A stretch of 64,000 nt of DNA. Source: Pristiophorus japonicus (lineage: Eukaryota). Shown in pieces: positions 11,613 to 25,029 of this stretch (position 1 is its first letter; each line of letters begins with the position of its first letter). The notes beneath the pieces are model-generated. The model was given only the letters and a program-made list of their open reading frames with translations, was not told the DNA's origin and made no database searches. The position numbers and the translations under genes are program-made. The stretch spans positions 124,001 to 188,000 of the forward strand of contig NW_027254745.1 of the NCBI RefSeq assembly GCF_044704955.1. The letters run 5' to 3'.

Positions 11613-12115
11613 GTCAGAGCTGCCGCTATCTGTACAGTTGTGACAGACATCAGAGCGAGTGAACAGGGGCTCAGCATAAAGGGAAGGGAACACTTGTGAA
11701 TAAGAATGAGAAAAGTTATTTATTTACACATGAAATGTACAAGGCACGGTGAAACTCTGAGATGCAGTTACATTACAGCCACAATTATCGCACACATTTC
11801 AAACAGAAAGATGGAAATCCCAGTTATATATTTCTCAGCCACTGATTCGGATCTAGTAAATTAAGGCATTTTACTCTGAGAATCACCAAGAGGACATATT
11901 TTATTTTTAGTGACACAGAAATAATAAACAGATGAGGAACATTCACGGTGGCCGAAATTCAGATCATCACTTGAGATGCAAAAGTGGGATAAAAGAATTA
12001 AGCGGAAGTTTAGCGGTCTGGGGCATTTATCTCAGGGTTTTTATTAATGAAACATCCAGAGATTTGTCAAACGGCTTCAGTCAGATAGAAGTGTGAGCGG
12101 ATTGAATCTTCTCAC

Positions 12116-12243
12116 CTTCACCAGAGTGACGGCAGTGCTGTAGGAAATGCTCAGGAAGAACAGGATGATGAATGTGGAAGCGGTTGTCCAGATGTTGCCG
12201 CTCTCGTCCTCATAGTCTTCATTCCAGATGTGGTCTGAGGAAT
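12116..12243 (-). CDS. IGHM: IgM transmembrane exon TM1
   Basis: cccgtag|AT..AAG|gtgaga. Encodes (D)[42 protein letters not shown] with the conserved membrane-Ig motif. Phase matches the internal Cmu4 donor at 15005. Confidence 0.95.
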
Positions 12244-12929
12244 CTACGGGGATGTAGGGAGGAAATATATTCAGATCGTTTATTAATCCCGGGTATCATG
12301 CTATTATTTTATATTCTCTTTTTTCCCTTAAGGTATTAGTTTGTTCTTTAATTGGACTTTCAATATATATTTTGTGTTAAGTTAATCACTCTCAACAATC
12401 TCTCACTGTTCCTCACTCCACTGCCGCTCTTCCTTTACGATCCCTCTGTCGTCCGTTTTGGAAAATATGATAGTTTTTCTTCCATGTCAGAGGCTAATTG
12501 ATTTTGGATGACTTTGCAACGATCTATCATTCGGAAATAATACGATGAAACATCGAGGAAGGTTTACAGCAGGATATCGATTATTTTTCCGCTAGGTTAA
12601 GGTAGTTACTTAGTTGGAGGCTGCCAAGGAGGCTAGGTAAGAGATCAGTTGTGAGTTATAACCTTGTTTTTTTATTTGTTACGGCAATGCTCTGAACATA
12701 AATAACGTGTCAGTTTGCAACAACTACATTGATCCAGTGTATGTGTAAGACCAGAATAGTGAATTGTGAGATATTATGGTATCAGGAATTATTTATTCAG
12801 GCCAAGCGTTGGATACATTGTCCGTCATAAAAATGCATCTTAGTTCTACATTCTTCTAAAGCCTGACGTTTTTGTTTGTGCTCTTTAATGTCTATATCAC
12901 TGTATGATTATCTCTTGTTCTGGATTAGT

Positions 12930-13155
12930 CAGTGTTTGTGTTTCCCTGTGAGCGTGTTGATCTGTGAGGTTGTGCGTGTGTGTATTTGTAAGATTGTGTA
13001 TGTGTGTGTAAATCTTTGTTTATGTTTTGTTTAAGAATGCATGTAAGTGTGTGTTTTTATATTTAATTGCGAGTGTGCGATTTGGTGTAGGTGAGTGTGT
13101 GTACTTTTATGTGTAAGCATCTTCATATCTAAGGGTTTGTGTGTGTCTGTGTGTG

Positions 13156-13189
<34 letters not shown>

Positions 13190-13990
13190 AAGTGTGTTCA
13201 TGTGTGTGCTTATGTGTATGTGTATCCTTGTGTATATGTATGTTCATGTGTGTGTTTCCCTACAAGTGTATGTGTATGGTTATTTATAAGTGTTTGTTTT
13301 TGTTGAGGTGTAAGTGTGTGTGTGAGATTTCGTGTAACATTGTGTATACCTGTAAGTTTGTGTGTGTGTGTTTTGTGTTAGTTTGTGTTTGGATTTATAT
13401 GCGTGTTCATGCTTGTGTAAGTCTGTTCAGTTGTGTGTTTTTCTGTAAGTGTATGGCTATGTATCAGTGTTGTTCATGTTTAGGTTTAAGCGTGTGTGTG
13501 TTTATGTGTAACAATGGGTTTGCAGGTAAATTTGTGTGTGTGTGTTTTGTGAAAGTGTGTGTTTTGATTGATGTATGTGTCTAAGTGCAATAGTATGTTT
13601 GCATGTAAGTGTGTGTGTGTTTAGTTTAAATGTGTGTTTGGATTGATGCGTTTGTTTACGAGTGTGTGTGTGTTTTGTGTAAGTGTGTGTGTGGATTGAT
13701 GTGTATTTATGTGTGTGTAAGTGTGTTTTGTGTAAGTGTGTGTGTGGATTGATGTATGCATTTATGTGTGTATAAGTGGTGTTTTGTAAGTGTAAGTGTA
13801 TGGATTGGTGCGTATGTCTATGTGTGTGAAAGTGTGTTTTGTGTAAGTGTGTGTGTGGATTGATGTATGTGTTTATGTGTGTGTAGGTGTGCTTTGTGTC
13901 AGTGTCTGTGTGGATTGATGTGTGTGTCTATGTGTGTGTAAGTGTGTGTAAGTATCCGTTGTGTAAGTGTGCGTTTAGATTGACGTGTAT
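12930..13990. repeat. Degenerate (TG)n-rich tract with higher-order ~56-bp units
   Basis: GT-rich low-complexity sequence in the Cmu4-TM1 intron, with recurring GTGGATTGATGT..GTAAGTGTG. Confidence 0.9.
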
Positions 13991-14898
13991 TATTGCTATT
14001 GTTAACATTTTCAGAGAGCATCAAGAACTGGATTTGACAATGATGGTTTTCATTATATTCTAGTTACGTAAAATATTATGTGTCAGAGTGTTAATGTATG
14101 TCTTTATATGTAAGTCTATGTGTGTTTGTGTGTAATTGTGCACTTACACAAAAACACACACACTTATAAAAAATCATCAACACACTTACATGTGAACACA
14201 GACAAACTCACTTTCACAAGTATTCTCCCTGCTCTGTGTAAATGTGTCCTGTGTGAGGCGCAATGTGACGTCAGCCGAAGGAATGCAACAATTCAACCGA
14301 TGGGCCTCAGAAACATCAGGGACACAACTGTGAGAAACCCGCAGAGGATTAAATCACCAGTTTAGATATGGCCCATTAGAATTCAGCATGTTAGTTTACA
14401 ATTAACAGGGACTGTTGCACCCCCAACCCTATTTAAAAATATTACGTGGAATAAACAGTTATTTCAGAATATAATACTCATGTGGCAAGTTTAAAATCTT
14501 TAGACCATGGGTTAGAATGTGACATTGTACTGATAACAACTTAGTGCATTTAAAAGAGAGTGGTTCACTTCCCATCTCCCTGCAGGAGGGGCAGTGGGGG
14601 GTTACGTGAATTACACATTTCCCATTCCCCTCTCGCTGGTGGTTGTGAGAGGTGCAGTGAATTAAAATTAGCCTTTACTCTCTCTCTGCTGAAGTTACTT
14701 TCAGGAATTCTATAATGAGAGAACTTCACGCAGTCTCCAACCCATGGTGTATCTGAGCTGGGAGCGCTGGCTGTACAAGCCTTGGGACCGAGGCGCGCAA
14801 ACTCCCTACTTCAGATAAACAGCCCTCACATTGGCAAAAATAGGAAACATAGTTGATTGAGCGGCTGTGTGTTTAACTCACGATTGGAAAAAAAACCC

Positions 14899-14904
14899 TT
14901 TATT
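14899..14904 (-). terminator. Poly(A) signal of secretory mu mRNA
   Basis: AATAAA about 40 nt after the secretory stop codon. Confidence 0.8.
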
Positions 14905-14942
14905 GTTTTTAATTTAAGAACGGAAATGCAATCGAGAGATTC

Positions 14943-15334
14943 TCATTGACAAGAATTTACGGTGTCCATCAGAACAAGGGAAATGTTGACGAAACTGGGT
15001 TTACCGCTGGATTTATTGACGGTTCTGTTGGTGATCTTCAAGGGGATCGCTTCATGTCCCACCACACAGGAGTAAGAAGCGCCGCTGGCCCACTCCTCGG
15101 CTGCAATGGATAGCAGGCTGTACATGAAGAAGGATCTGCTGCCGTTCTCCGCCATCACCTCGGTGTTCTTGTAGTTGCCCGAATCCACCGGCTTGTCATT
15201 GACGGTCCATTTGACGAAGATCTCTCGGGGGGAGAAACCTCTCACTAAGCAGGTGAGGCTGACCAACCCCTGAGCGGAGACTTCTTCTGCCGAGGGCAGG
15301 AGGACAGACACGGCTGGTTCCCGTGGATCTTTCG
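14943..15334 (-). CDS. IGHM: IgM Cmu4 plus secretory tailpiece (internal donor at 15005 for the membrane form)
   Basis: cgacag|CG AAA. Encodes [37 protein letters not shown]|[19 protein letters not shown]. The tail sequon and penultimate Cys are intact. Confidence 0.97.
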
Positions 15335-16232
15335 CTGTCGAACAGTTACAATAAAGACCAATGAACTGGACAGTTCCAGAGACAATGGGGGAACTTTAAA
15401 CGAATACAGCGGGCAGGTTTTGGGCGTGGAGGTATATAAATTGTTAAAAATTGTAATCCCGACATCAACTAGCCCACTCCCAGTTGTAATATTATATTTG
15501 AGTAATGTATTTAAATTAGGCTGGAATGCTCTTTTTTAACCACCATTTGGTGTTTATCTGTCGCTGGTCCGGTTGACACACTGTGTAAATCCCTGCAGTT
15601 ACAGCGAGGCGGGGACTTCTGCAACCAGGTGATAATTGCCCTTACACATACTCCCTGGATCCAGGGTCCCTATCTAACCCACCCCCCGTGATCCGAGACC
15701 TCCTCACTCGGCTTACAATCCTCCCATTCTCCCGGGTGGCCTGTGAGACCACCGCCCACAACTCGCCTTCCTCATTAAAATTCAGCCAATTTCAGGTGGT
15801 TAGATGTGAAAGAAATGGACACTGCGTTGAATTTTAAAGCTTTTCCTTTTCCCCTCTGGGGCCCCTCTGGTTTTCCATCCCGCAGCAGAGGGAACACAAC
15901 CTTTCACTCTGAAATCTTGAAGGATTGGTGTGGAAAATTACATACAATTTACAGCACATAACAAGGAGATTTGGCCAACTGGTCTATGCCGGTGTGAATG
16001 TTCCACACAAGCCTCCTCCTAGCTCACTTAATCTAACCCTAATAACATACCCTTTCTCACCCATGGACTTATCCAGTTTCCCCTAACATACACAACATCA
16101 GGTCCCAGAGTGCTGAGTTCGTGGAATTACCAAACTGAATGATCAGATTAGCCCATTAACACTTTAAATAATGAATTGGCCCTTGCACATGCAGCAGGAA
16201 TAGTCACTTATTGCAACAATCTTCCCCCTCAC

Positions 16233-16541
16233 CCTTCTCCTTGTGGATGGATTCTCTGATCGGTGTCGGCATATCCTGATGGCTCACCACGCAGTAGAAC
16301 TTATCCCCACTCAGCCAGTCTTGTGTCGAGATGTTTAAGTTGCTGATCACGCTGTTGGGATCCTCTCCCGGTTGGACGGCAATCTCTGATTTCAAAGCCT
16401 CCTTTTCTCGGGTCCAGGTCACAGTGAGCCCATAAGGAGCGTCTGACACGACGCAGGTTAAGGTCACCGTCGCCTCCAGTAAGATCTGTTCCAGTGATGG
16501 TGAGCGAAGAGTGATTTTTGAATCGCTGCATGGGACATCCA
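16233..16541 (-). CDS. IGHM: IgM Cmu3 exon
   Basis: ttttgcag|TG..AAG G|gtgag, 309 nt. Encodes [40 protein letters not shown]. Confidence 0.96.
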
Positions 16542-17247
16542 CTGCAAAACAGGAATGATAGTCAAGAAAAGCTGCAGCTTCAGAATCAGGATACCAATAT
16601 TTAGCCTTAACTCTTTAAGGGGAATAAATCACTTTTAAGATATCAACCTCTTGCTGTTGCCTCAACAACAGCGTTATTGGAAGACAATGAATTGGCAACG
16701 ATTCCGGTAGATCTGTAACATTTCCTGTGTATTTTCAGCCAGAGCCACCTGTAATGGGCTGTGAAGCAAATACCCGGCGTAAAATGGGAATAGACTGGGG
16801 TGCAATTGTGTTAGGCATTGAATAGCGCTCTTCCTGAAATCCCTTGCTCCTTTACACCCGTCTATAGATCCTTGCACCCAATTGCATCTCCACTGGTTAT
16901 AAAAGCTGAAGCCCGAATAGCCCGAAGTTCAAGAGGTCTACACCAGCATTATACTCGTTCAAAACCAGTGTCAAATTAATTTCAGGATTTATAGGTCAAC
17001 AGGAAACAAAGTTAAATTTCTGGTCTCTTGCTGCGTTTTTTGTTGCGGTGAAAATGTGCAGGTACCAGTCACATCCCCCGTCAGAGGAGAAGTGCAATAT
17101 CGGGAGAATGGAGTTCCAAGGAATCTTTGTGGTCGGGCGTCATTTGTAATGATGTGAGGTAGTTTGTTAATATCTGTAATTACTGAACATTTATCATGTA
17201 TGGTGAGAGAGATCCAGGGTGAAATATGACCTCAGGGCATTAATAGC

Positions 17248-17750
17248 AACATAGGAACAGGAGGAGGCCATTCAGCCCATCCATCCTGTCCTGCCATCCA
17301 GTTAGATCATCAACACCATCTTCACGCCTTGGTTATGTAACCCTTGATAATATTGCCGAACAAAAATCTATCAATCTCACTTTTCTACTTTTCAATTGAA
17401 AGCAAGCGTCAGCACCTTTTGGGGAGGGAAATCCCGACTTGCACTATTCTTCCTGTGAGAAAATCCTTTCTGACATCACCTCTGCACGGCCTAGCTCTAA
17501 TTTTAAGGTTCTGCTACTTGTTCTCGATTCTTTCATCAAACTAAATAATGTTTTCTATATCTACTCGATCAATTCCATTTATCAACTTAAACATGTCAAT
17601 TGTATCATCTCTTAACGTTCTATATTCGTCTCCTGCTCATTTTATATTATTAGTCCCGGTATAATTCAGGTAAACATGCACTTTACCGCCTCCACGACCA
17701 GTATATCCTTCCTGAGGTGCGCAACCCAGAATTGGGCTCAGTGCTCTGAA
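17248..17750 (-). mobile_element. Old CR1-type LINE 3' fragment
   Basis: Begins with acataggaacaggaggaggccattcagccc and continues as reverse-complement ORF2 C-terminus. Confidence 0.75.
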
Positions 17751-17929
17751 TAGGGTAAATGTCCATTCTAGCAGTGGGTTCCTGGACAGTTAGCGGTAAA
17801 GGGTTCCAGACTCCTACTGCCACTCCGTATATGATCAGCCAACTCAGGATATACCTGAGACTAAGGACACTTCACTCACTGCCTGAAGTTAGAGCAGGGA
17901 GAAATCTTCTTTGGCGAGGTTAATATATC

Positions 17930-18372
17930 CTGAACAATGAGGAATCCTGAACCAGAAAATCGTGGGTTGAAGTCCCACTGCAGATACTTGATCACAAAAT
18001 GTAAGCTGAGTCTCCCAGTGCAGTACTGGGGGCGTGGTGCACTATCGGAGGTTCCGGCTTTCAGATCAGGTGTTAAACCGAGGATCCGTCTGGCCTCTCA
18101 GGTGGACATAAACGTTCCCCTGGAAATATTTCAATGAAAAGCAGAGGAGTTCTCCCTGGTGGCCTGGAAATATTTATCCCTCAAGAAATATCACTAAACA
18201 AAAAAAATGGTCATTATCACACTGCTGTTTGTGGGAGCTTGCTGTGCACTAAATGACTGCCGCACTTTGTACATTACAACTGTGACCACATTTCACAACT
18301 TAATTCATTGGCTGGCAAGCGCTTTGGTTCAGTCTGTGGTCGCTGAAGGCGCTGTATAAAGGCAAGTTTGTA
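17930..18372 (+). mobile_element. Shark SINE (Deu-domain / SacSINE-like)
   Basis: Contains ggtcattatcacactgctgtttgtgggagcttgctgtgca and the tail ggcgctgtataaaggcaagt. Related copies occur elsewhere in the window. Confidence 0.7.
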
Positions 18373-18502
18373 TCACAAGAATACACAAACTGCATGATTG
18401 GAAATTAGGAATAGTTCTGTGCTTTTTACTAATTCCAATAAAAGTCTTGACTGAGATCAGCGCTCAGAATGGTCTGGAACCTCCCGGGATTGTACCTCTT
18501 AC

Positions 18503-18820
18503 CCTGAGATCTGCTGAAGTTATGGTTTTGCGTGACCCCTTGATGAGTGACCTGGCAGGTGTAGACCGAGCCGGTTAACCATTCCTCGGCGGGGACTGTC
18601 AGCCGACTGGCTGTCGAGAAGTTCCCGTTCACCTCAAAGACGGGAGAGGTGAGGAAGCCCGAATCCATGAGTTGTCCACTCTTCAGCCAATTCACAGTCA
18701 GTGACTTTGGCCTGAAATCGATGATTGAACACACGGCGCTTGCATATCTGCTGCTGGTGATTTGTTCAGTGGAACTCAGTGTGAGGAGAACAGTTGGAGG
18801 AACGATGTCCCGTTCAGGAT
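18503..18820 (-). CDS. IGHM: IgM Cmu2 exon
   Basis: tctcttgaag|AT CCT..CAG G|gtaag, 318 nt. Encodes [33 protein letters not shown]. Confidence 0.95.
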
Positions 18821-18942
18821 CTTCAAGAGAAGACATATTACTGACATTGCTTGCAAAATAAATGATTAAGAAATGCAAAGTGTCCTTATATTTTAACGGG
18901 TTCTTTGCTGTCAGACTAACACAAACCTGGCAGTTACAGAGA

Positions 18943-19215
18943 GCAGGACTGTGCACAGAATTCTCAGTGTAATATGCAGCCCGGAACTGTGCACAATATT
19001 CTAAGTGCGATATGGGGACCAGAACCATGCACAGTACTCTAAGTGTGATATGGAGACCAGAATTATGCATAATATTCTAAGTACGAGATGGAAACCAGAA
19101 ATTTAAACAATATTCTAAATGTGATAAGGAGACTAGAACTGTGCACAGCATTATAAGTATGATACAGAGAGCAGAATTGCACACAGTACTCTAAGTGTTG
19201 TCTGATCAAGTTCCG
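18943..19215. repeat. 38-bp tandem repeat, about 7 copies, CR1-derived
   Basis: Units start at 18981, 19019, 19057, 19095, 19133 and 19171 (ccagaactgtgcacaatattctaagtgtgatatggaga). Confidence 0.85.
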
Positions 19216-19276
19216 ATGCAAGTTAAACATAATTTCTCATCTTATCACAATTTGCCCTGTATCCCACACCACTAAC

Positions 19277-19576
19277 CTGGCATTGTGATGGCCCAGACCG
19301 ACACACCACGTCGAACCTCGCAGTTGATTGTGCTGCTCCCCACCTCTGACTCGGTGATGGTTAACTGGCTGCTCTGGGTGTAGATTCCCTTCTTGTTGAG
19401 CACTGGCGGGTAGGTCTTCAATCCAGTGGTGATCGGCTCTTTATCTTTCTTCCAGGAAAGGCTGGTGATGTCGGGGGAATAGTCCATTGCCAAACAGCCG
19501 TACGTGATGGAGCCATCGGTGCTGGGTTGTTCACAGGAGGAGAGCAGGGCGTAGAGGGTGGGGGGAGACGGTGTTA
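19277..19576 (-). CDS. IGHM: IgM Cmu1 exon
   Basis: ttcccag|TA ACA..CCA G|gttagt, 300 nt. Encodes [34 protein letters not shown]. The early extra Cys (likely L-chain link) is retained. Confidence 0.96.
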
Positions 19577-20349
19577 CTGGGAAGGAATGGCCCATTGAAC
19601 AAGTTAGACTCTGTAATCCGTGCTTATAAAAGAAATAAACAACTCGAAATTTGACTGCAGAATAAACTAATTCCACCATTTCCCCATCAAAGACTACACG
19701 GGCATTTGAGCTTCTGTCAGTTCCATCATAAGCACCTGTCGATGCCCCTGTCAGGAACACACCTCTCTATCCCCGAGCTCTATCACATTACACAACAAGA
19801 ACTTTTACATAACTCGTCAATAAAGAATCCTTCATTGGATCATACAATCGAAGAACAGAGACGTGTTCCTGCTTTTTCGGCCATCATTTATTTCTCAATC
19901 AGCACCATTTTTGGTCCTTTATTGCAGTTTGGGGAAATTTACTCTGTGCACATTGCCTGCGGCGTATCCCTACAAAACAACAGTGACTGCATTTCAAAGT
20001 AACAGCGGAATTCCTGCCTCACGCGTCAGCAAAAAACCCTCTAAATTTGCCTGCCACATAATTCAACAGGAAGCATTTCCATAGTCTAGTTTCTAAGATT
20101 CAGTCTGTAGATGAATCGCGATTGAGTTGAATCTCTCTCTTTCTTTCTCAGTATTTGAGGGAGAGCGATGTCCTTCAGCGCACTGTGATCTGGACTCTAT
20201 CCCATCTTATTGAATGCATGTCTCTTGAGTTTCCTCCTCCCTGCCACTCAATTAATAATCCGAATAAAATACCATTCCAAATTCCGGTTAATTGGAAGTT
20301 TCTCCTTAAATGGCCCATTTCAATTCCCATTGTTGTTCTTGTTATGTAA

Positions 20350-21250
20350 CAATGACATGGACTTGGGTATAGGGAATGCAATTTCGAATTTAGAAGATAA
20401 TGCAAAACCTGGCAACGTAGCCAATAGTGAACATGATAGCAGCAGACTCCATGAGGAGACAGATGGTCCAGTGAAATGGGCCGGAACATGGCAATTGCAA
20501 TTTAATGCGAATCATTGAGAAGCGATACACATTGGATGGAAGATGGAGAGGCAGTATAATCTAAATAGTATTATTTTGAGGGGATGCACGAACAGAGATA
20601 TCTAGATGTATATATTCACAAATCTTTGAAGGGGGCAGGGCAAACTGGTTAGACTATTATGAAAGCGTATGGGATACATGACTTTGTAAATGGGACATTG
20701 ACTACAAAAACAAGGCGGTTATGCTAAACTTACAGATCACGTGTTAGACCTCAGCTGGAGTATTGTGCATAATTCTGGAACAACAATGTAGGAAGGATGT
20801 CAAGCCCTTGGGGAGTGTAGAGGGGAGTCTTTTACCAGGATGATGCCAGGGATGGGATCTTCAGTTATGTGGAGAGATTGGAGAAGCTGGGATGTTCTCC
20901 TTAGAGCAGAGGTTAAGAGGAGATCTAAGAGAGATATTCAACATTATGACAGGTTTTGATAGAGCAAGTAGGGAGAAACAGCTTTCGCTGGAAAGAAGGT
21001 GCGTAACCAAAGGTCACAGATTTAAAATAATTGGCAGAAGATCGAAAGGGGAAATTGGGGTAATTTTTTCACACAGAGGGTTGGTAATTTCAGGAATGCT
21101 CCAGGCAGTTCATCCTGTACGTCAGGAGGATTCATTTGCACGTTTACAATGAAAACCCTGGGGAGTTGGACTAAATTGGACAGCTCTTTCAGAGCCGGCA
21201 CAGGCACGATGCCTGAATGGTCTTTTCAGTGTTGTGAGATGCTATCATTG
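20350..21250 (+). mobile_element. Decayed CR1-type LINE fragment
   Basis: Contains agacctcagctggagtattgtg and RLRGDLREIFNIMTGFDR..GHRFKI. Confidence 0.85.
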
Positions 21251-21959
21251 TATACGAGTCATGGGAATAGTTCTTCTAGATTTAATGGAAGGAAACGCTT
21301 CATATTTTGGACACCTCTACCAGATCTACTTTTATTGTTCATTAGAATGAAAGAGGATATTTCAGAAAAGGATCTTATAAATCTGACGCAAATTAGTCAA
21401 TCGCATGCTGTTATAAAGGCTTAAAGTTCATTGTGAATGATGACGTATTGCAGGTTGACTCTATCTCTTTAAATGTTTCACAGAATTGCAGCTCAGTGAC
21501 TGTGTGCCTTGTTTTGTGACCCAGGCCAATAGCTGCATCTCGTCATAGTTTGTCCCTGCCTTTAACCTTCTCAGGAAGAATTGAACAACATAATGTTTCT
21601 AAACATGAGGTCCTCATGACGGTCATTTGAAGCGGCAGTCCCGATATTCTCCATTTAAATTGTGAAAATATCTTACAGCCTCCCAACAGATCAGAACAGG
21701 CGCTGCTTTCTGGAGCGTTATTCACTTCCTGAAACGGTTTGTTCTGAAAGTGAGCTGAGGATCAGGCCAATCGTGTTCAATAGTAATCTGATGCTCAAAA
21801 TGTTCAAACATTAATAACTCATTAAAAATTGGGCATTTTTTTCAGAAAGAATATAAACATCAATGAATGTGCGTTGTTTAATCTGGGCAATGGGACGATT
21901 CATTGTATATATCTGGCACGAGCAGTTTATCTGCTATCTGTTAGACGCAGATAACGGTG

Positions 21960-22750
21960 CCTTGAACACTGCCTGACCAAGCACTCTCAGGTCAGATATA
22001 GCACGGATAAGAGAGCAAAGCTCCCGCTATGCTGCCGTGTGGGTCAGGGCAGGTATAGCAAGGGTTGCACACAGAGTAATACGTTATCTGTGCTATCCCG
22101 TCAAACATTCCCAGCTGAAGTACTGCAGAGATGTGCTACGAAATGTCTTCCCTTAAAATGCGTTATCAAATTGACCGATTAGATTAAGCACAATTATCAC
22201 AAGTACAAATAAAAGCTTCCGATACACTGATCCATTAAAGCGCACCAGCTCACCTAGAGCTCTGATTAAATAGAAGATCAATCTATATTGAAGGACCCAA
22301 TTAAGCTCCACGTCCTTGTAAATAAAAGGTTAAATACTGATTAAAGCTATCTCTGCAATGTCCCATCAAGCACTGCCATTTAAGGTAAAGCACGGGTTAG
22401 TTGCAGAGTAAAGCTCCCTCTTCACTGTCCCATCAAATACTCCCAAGACAGGTACAGTGTAAAGCTCCCTCTACAGTGTCCCATTAAACATTCTCAGGGC
22501 AGGTACAACATGGGTCAAGATACAGAGTAAAGCTCCATCTACACTGTCCCATCAACACTCCTAGGGCACGTAGAGCATGGGCTAAATACAGAGTAACACT
22601 CCCTCTACACTGTCCCATCAAACACTCCCAGGGCACGTACAGCATGGGCTAGATACAGAGTAAAGCTCCTTCTGCCCTGTCCCATCAAACACTCCCAGGG
22701 CAGGTACTACCGGGTTAGAAACTGATTAAAGCTCCTTCTACTGTCTCCCC
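21960..22750 (+). repeat. ~67-bp shark tandem repeat
   Basis: Unit acactgtcccatcaaacactcccagggcaggtacagcacgggttagatacagagtaaagctccctct. Also at ~10660-10730 (-), 33300-33710, 41620-41875 and 59995-60310. Confidence 0.85.
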
Positions 22751-25029
22751 ATGGTGTTTCGGAACTGCTTCTTCTGGCTATCATAATCTGGATTAACGAT
22801 CTCATTTCTGCGGAGACTCCACAACCTCAAAGTCAATCTTTCACGTTTCTCACCTATGCCAGTTTCTTAAATAACTGAGTTAAATGACACTCCCCGCAAT
22901 ACAGGATCACAATCCAGAAGTTTTACAACCCGTCAGGAGGACTCCTGATTCTCACACAGTGAGCAGGCGCACATAAACAGAACAGACACAAACGGTGCTC
23001 CAGGCAGAGAGACCAGTTCAATCTATTAATTTCAATGAAGTTGTTTGATTTCTAATTTATTTCCTGCCAATTTCCAACCACCGCAAGTCTGCAGATTCTT
23101 TGAAATTAAACTGATATTAATTTGAGAGAAACTTCAACATCCAGCCATTTTTCCATCTCTGTCAACTATCTTGTAAACCGTGTAAAAATTAACTTCCCTG
23201 AAAGTAAGTATCTGGAAATAATTCACATTCCACGGCAATTTGCTGCCCGTCACACGGGACTTGGTGACATATTCAGAATGTCACAATCCAGGGGACATCT
23301 ACATTGAAACCTGATCACCCACTGATTTTATATATTTTCATCAGTAAATATAACCTGTAAAATCATCGAGGCAAAACAAGAAGTTAATTCACTAAAATCT
23401 GCAGCGACACCTTATCAAACTCAGCACAGCCGGGTTATACATGCATTGTTTTGTAAATTAACTTATGAATTAATTAAACATTATCTGCAACCCTTGAGAT
23501 TTTGCAATAATTGTAATACTGACCAGTATGCAACACAATTGTAATGGATCGTTTATGTTTAATGAATTAGCACTGATGTTACTGTCTAAGTTAATGTTCA
23601 TGTTAGCTGATTATTGAAAATAATCTGAGTGCTTATCTGGCTCTTCCTGCTCAGAAGCATACGTACCTGGAACTTTTGAAATTAAATTAACGTTCTTGAA
23701 TTTCTGCCTTACTAATGCAATTAATTAATAATAATATTAAAACCTTTTTCTGCCTGGTAACTTGTGATATATTAAGATTAACTTAACTTACAATAACAAT
23801 TCATGAATATTAAAATATTAAGCAGCATATTAATACATACATTCTCAGAAAAATACCTTATTTTTACTTATATCGAATCAAATTTGAATAATTGACAATA
23901 ATCACGCAGTTCTACCACTGTCCCGCTCTCGACCGACATCTTTTTAAACTCTGCATGTTTCTGATATAGCAAAAACTGAGTCTATTCGCAGAGAACATTT
24001 CACATGATGGATTTAGGGGAGGACTATTTTAAATAGTTCTCTGTCCAGCCGAGGTCACAACTCCGATGGTTGTAAACCGCTTGTTTACTAATACTGGAAT
24101 CTCGAGCTGAAATATTCTCCTCAATCTTAAACCCCAAAAATGGTTTTATTAATTAAAACCCACCCGTGCAGCTTAAAGTCAATAGCAGAGCCTCCGCTGT
24201 TTAATAACACAGACAATCTTTTATAGTTCACTCCCGTTATTCACATAATGCCCACAAATTAATGATTAAATATACTCTGCTACTTCTTGAAAATAGTTTC
24301 CAGAATGGTGAGTGTAAAACTGGAGGATAACAAATCATTCAGACCATATGCGACACTGAAACTGAATGAGGTGAGACTTTGTTCATCAATTTAACATTCA
24401 TAAGAATTAAACATAACTCTCAGATATTATCTGTGCTTTGTCTACCGCTCTATTCCGCATACAGCAGCCTTTTGGGAGATAGGATTTTGTTTTAAATTCA
24501 AAAGAAGATGGACCTTTTGTAAGTAAATTAATCTGCTTGAATTTCAATGGATTATTTGCCTGTCTCCATCCATACACAGTCGGAACCTGCCTTGAATTTA
24601 AATATAATTACATGAATAATTCTTTGACTGCCAGCGACGCCTGTCTCTCAGCTTTTGGTCTTGCAAAGTGTTCAAGATTAATTTAGTAATAATTCTATCA
24701 AACAACACACAATATTGATTCAATAACAATTTTCGGCTGCACAGTGAGAATGTCATACCCCAGCAGATATATTAAATTGACAAAATGCAATTTGCAACAC
24801 GGCTTTAAGTTATAATTAATTGCACTCAGTCATTCATCTGTGTAAACAGGAGGTAGCAAGTAATTGAACTCCCGACTCAAACTGAACACAGCGGTGGAAT
24901 CAGTATGTTATTAATGAAATAATTGCAGGCATAATTAATAACTGTATCCAGCCTCTAAAAGTTTCTGCTTCCTTTAATGGAGCCCAGTGTAGAGCAGGAT
25001 TTTGGAAGGCGAATAATATTAAGTAAATT

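Noticed and set aside
12930-13990. GT-rich tract as an Ig switch-like region, or as Cys/Val-rich ORFs
   Set aside because: It lies in the Cmu4-TM1 intron, is not AGCT-rich and is simple low-complexity sequence.
14266-14273. Perfect CRE TGACGTCA downstream of Cmu4
   Set aside because: A single 8-mer is expected by chance in 64 kb, and there is no supporting cluster I can defend.
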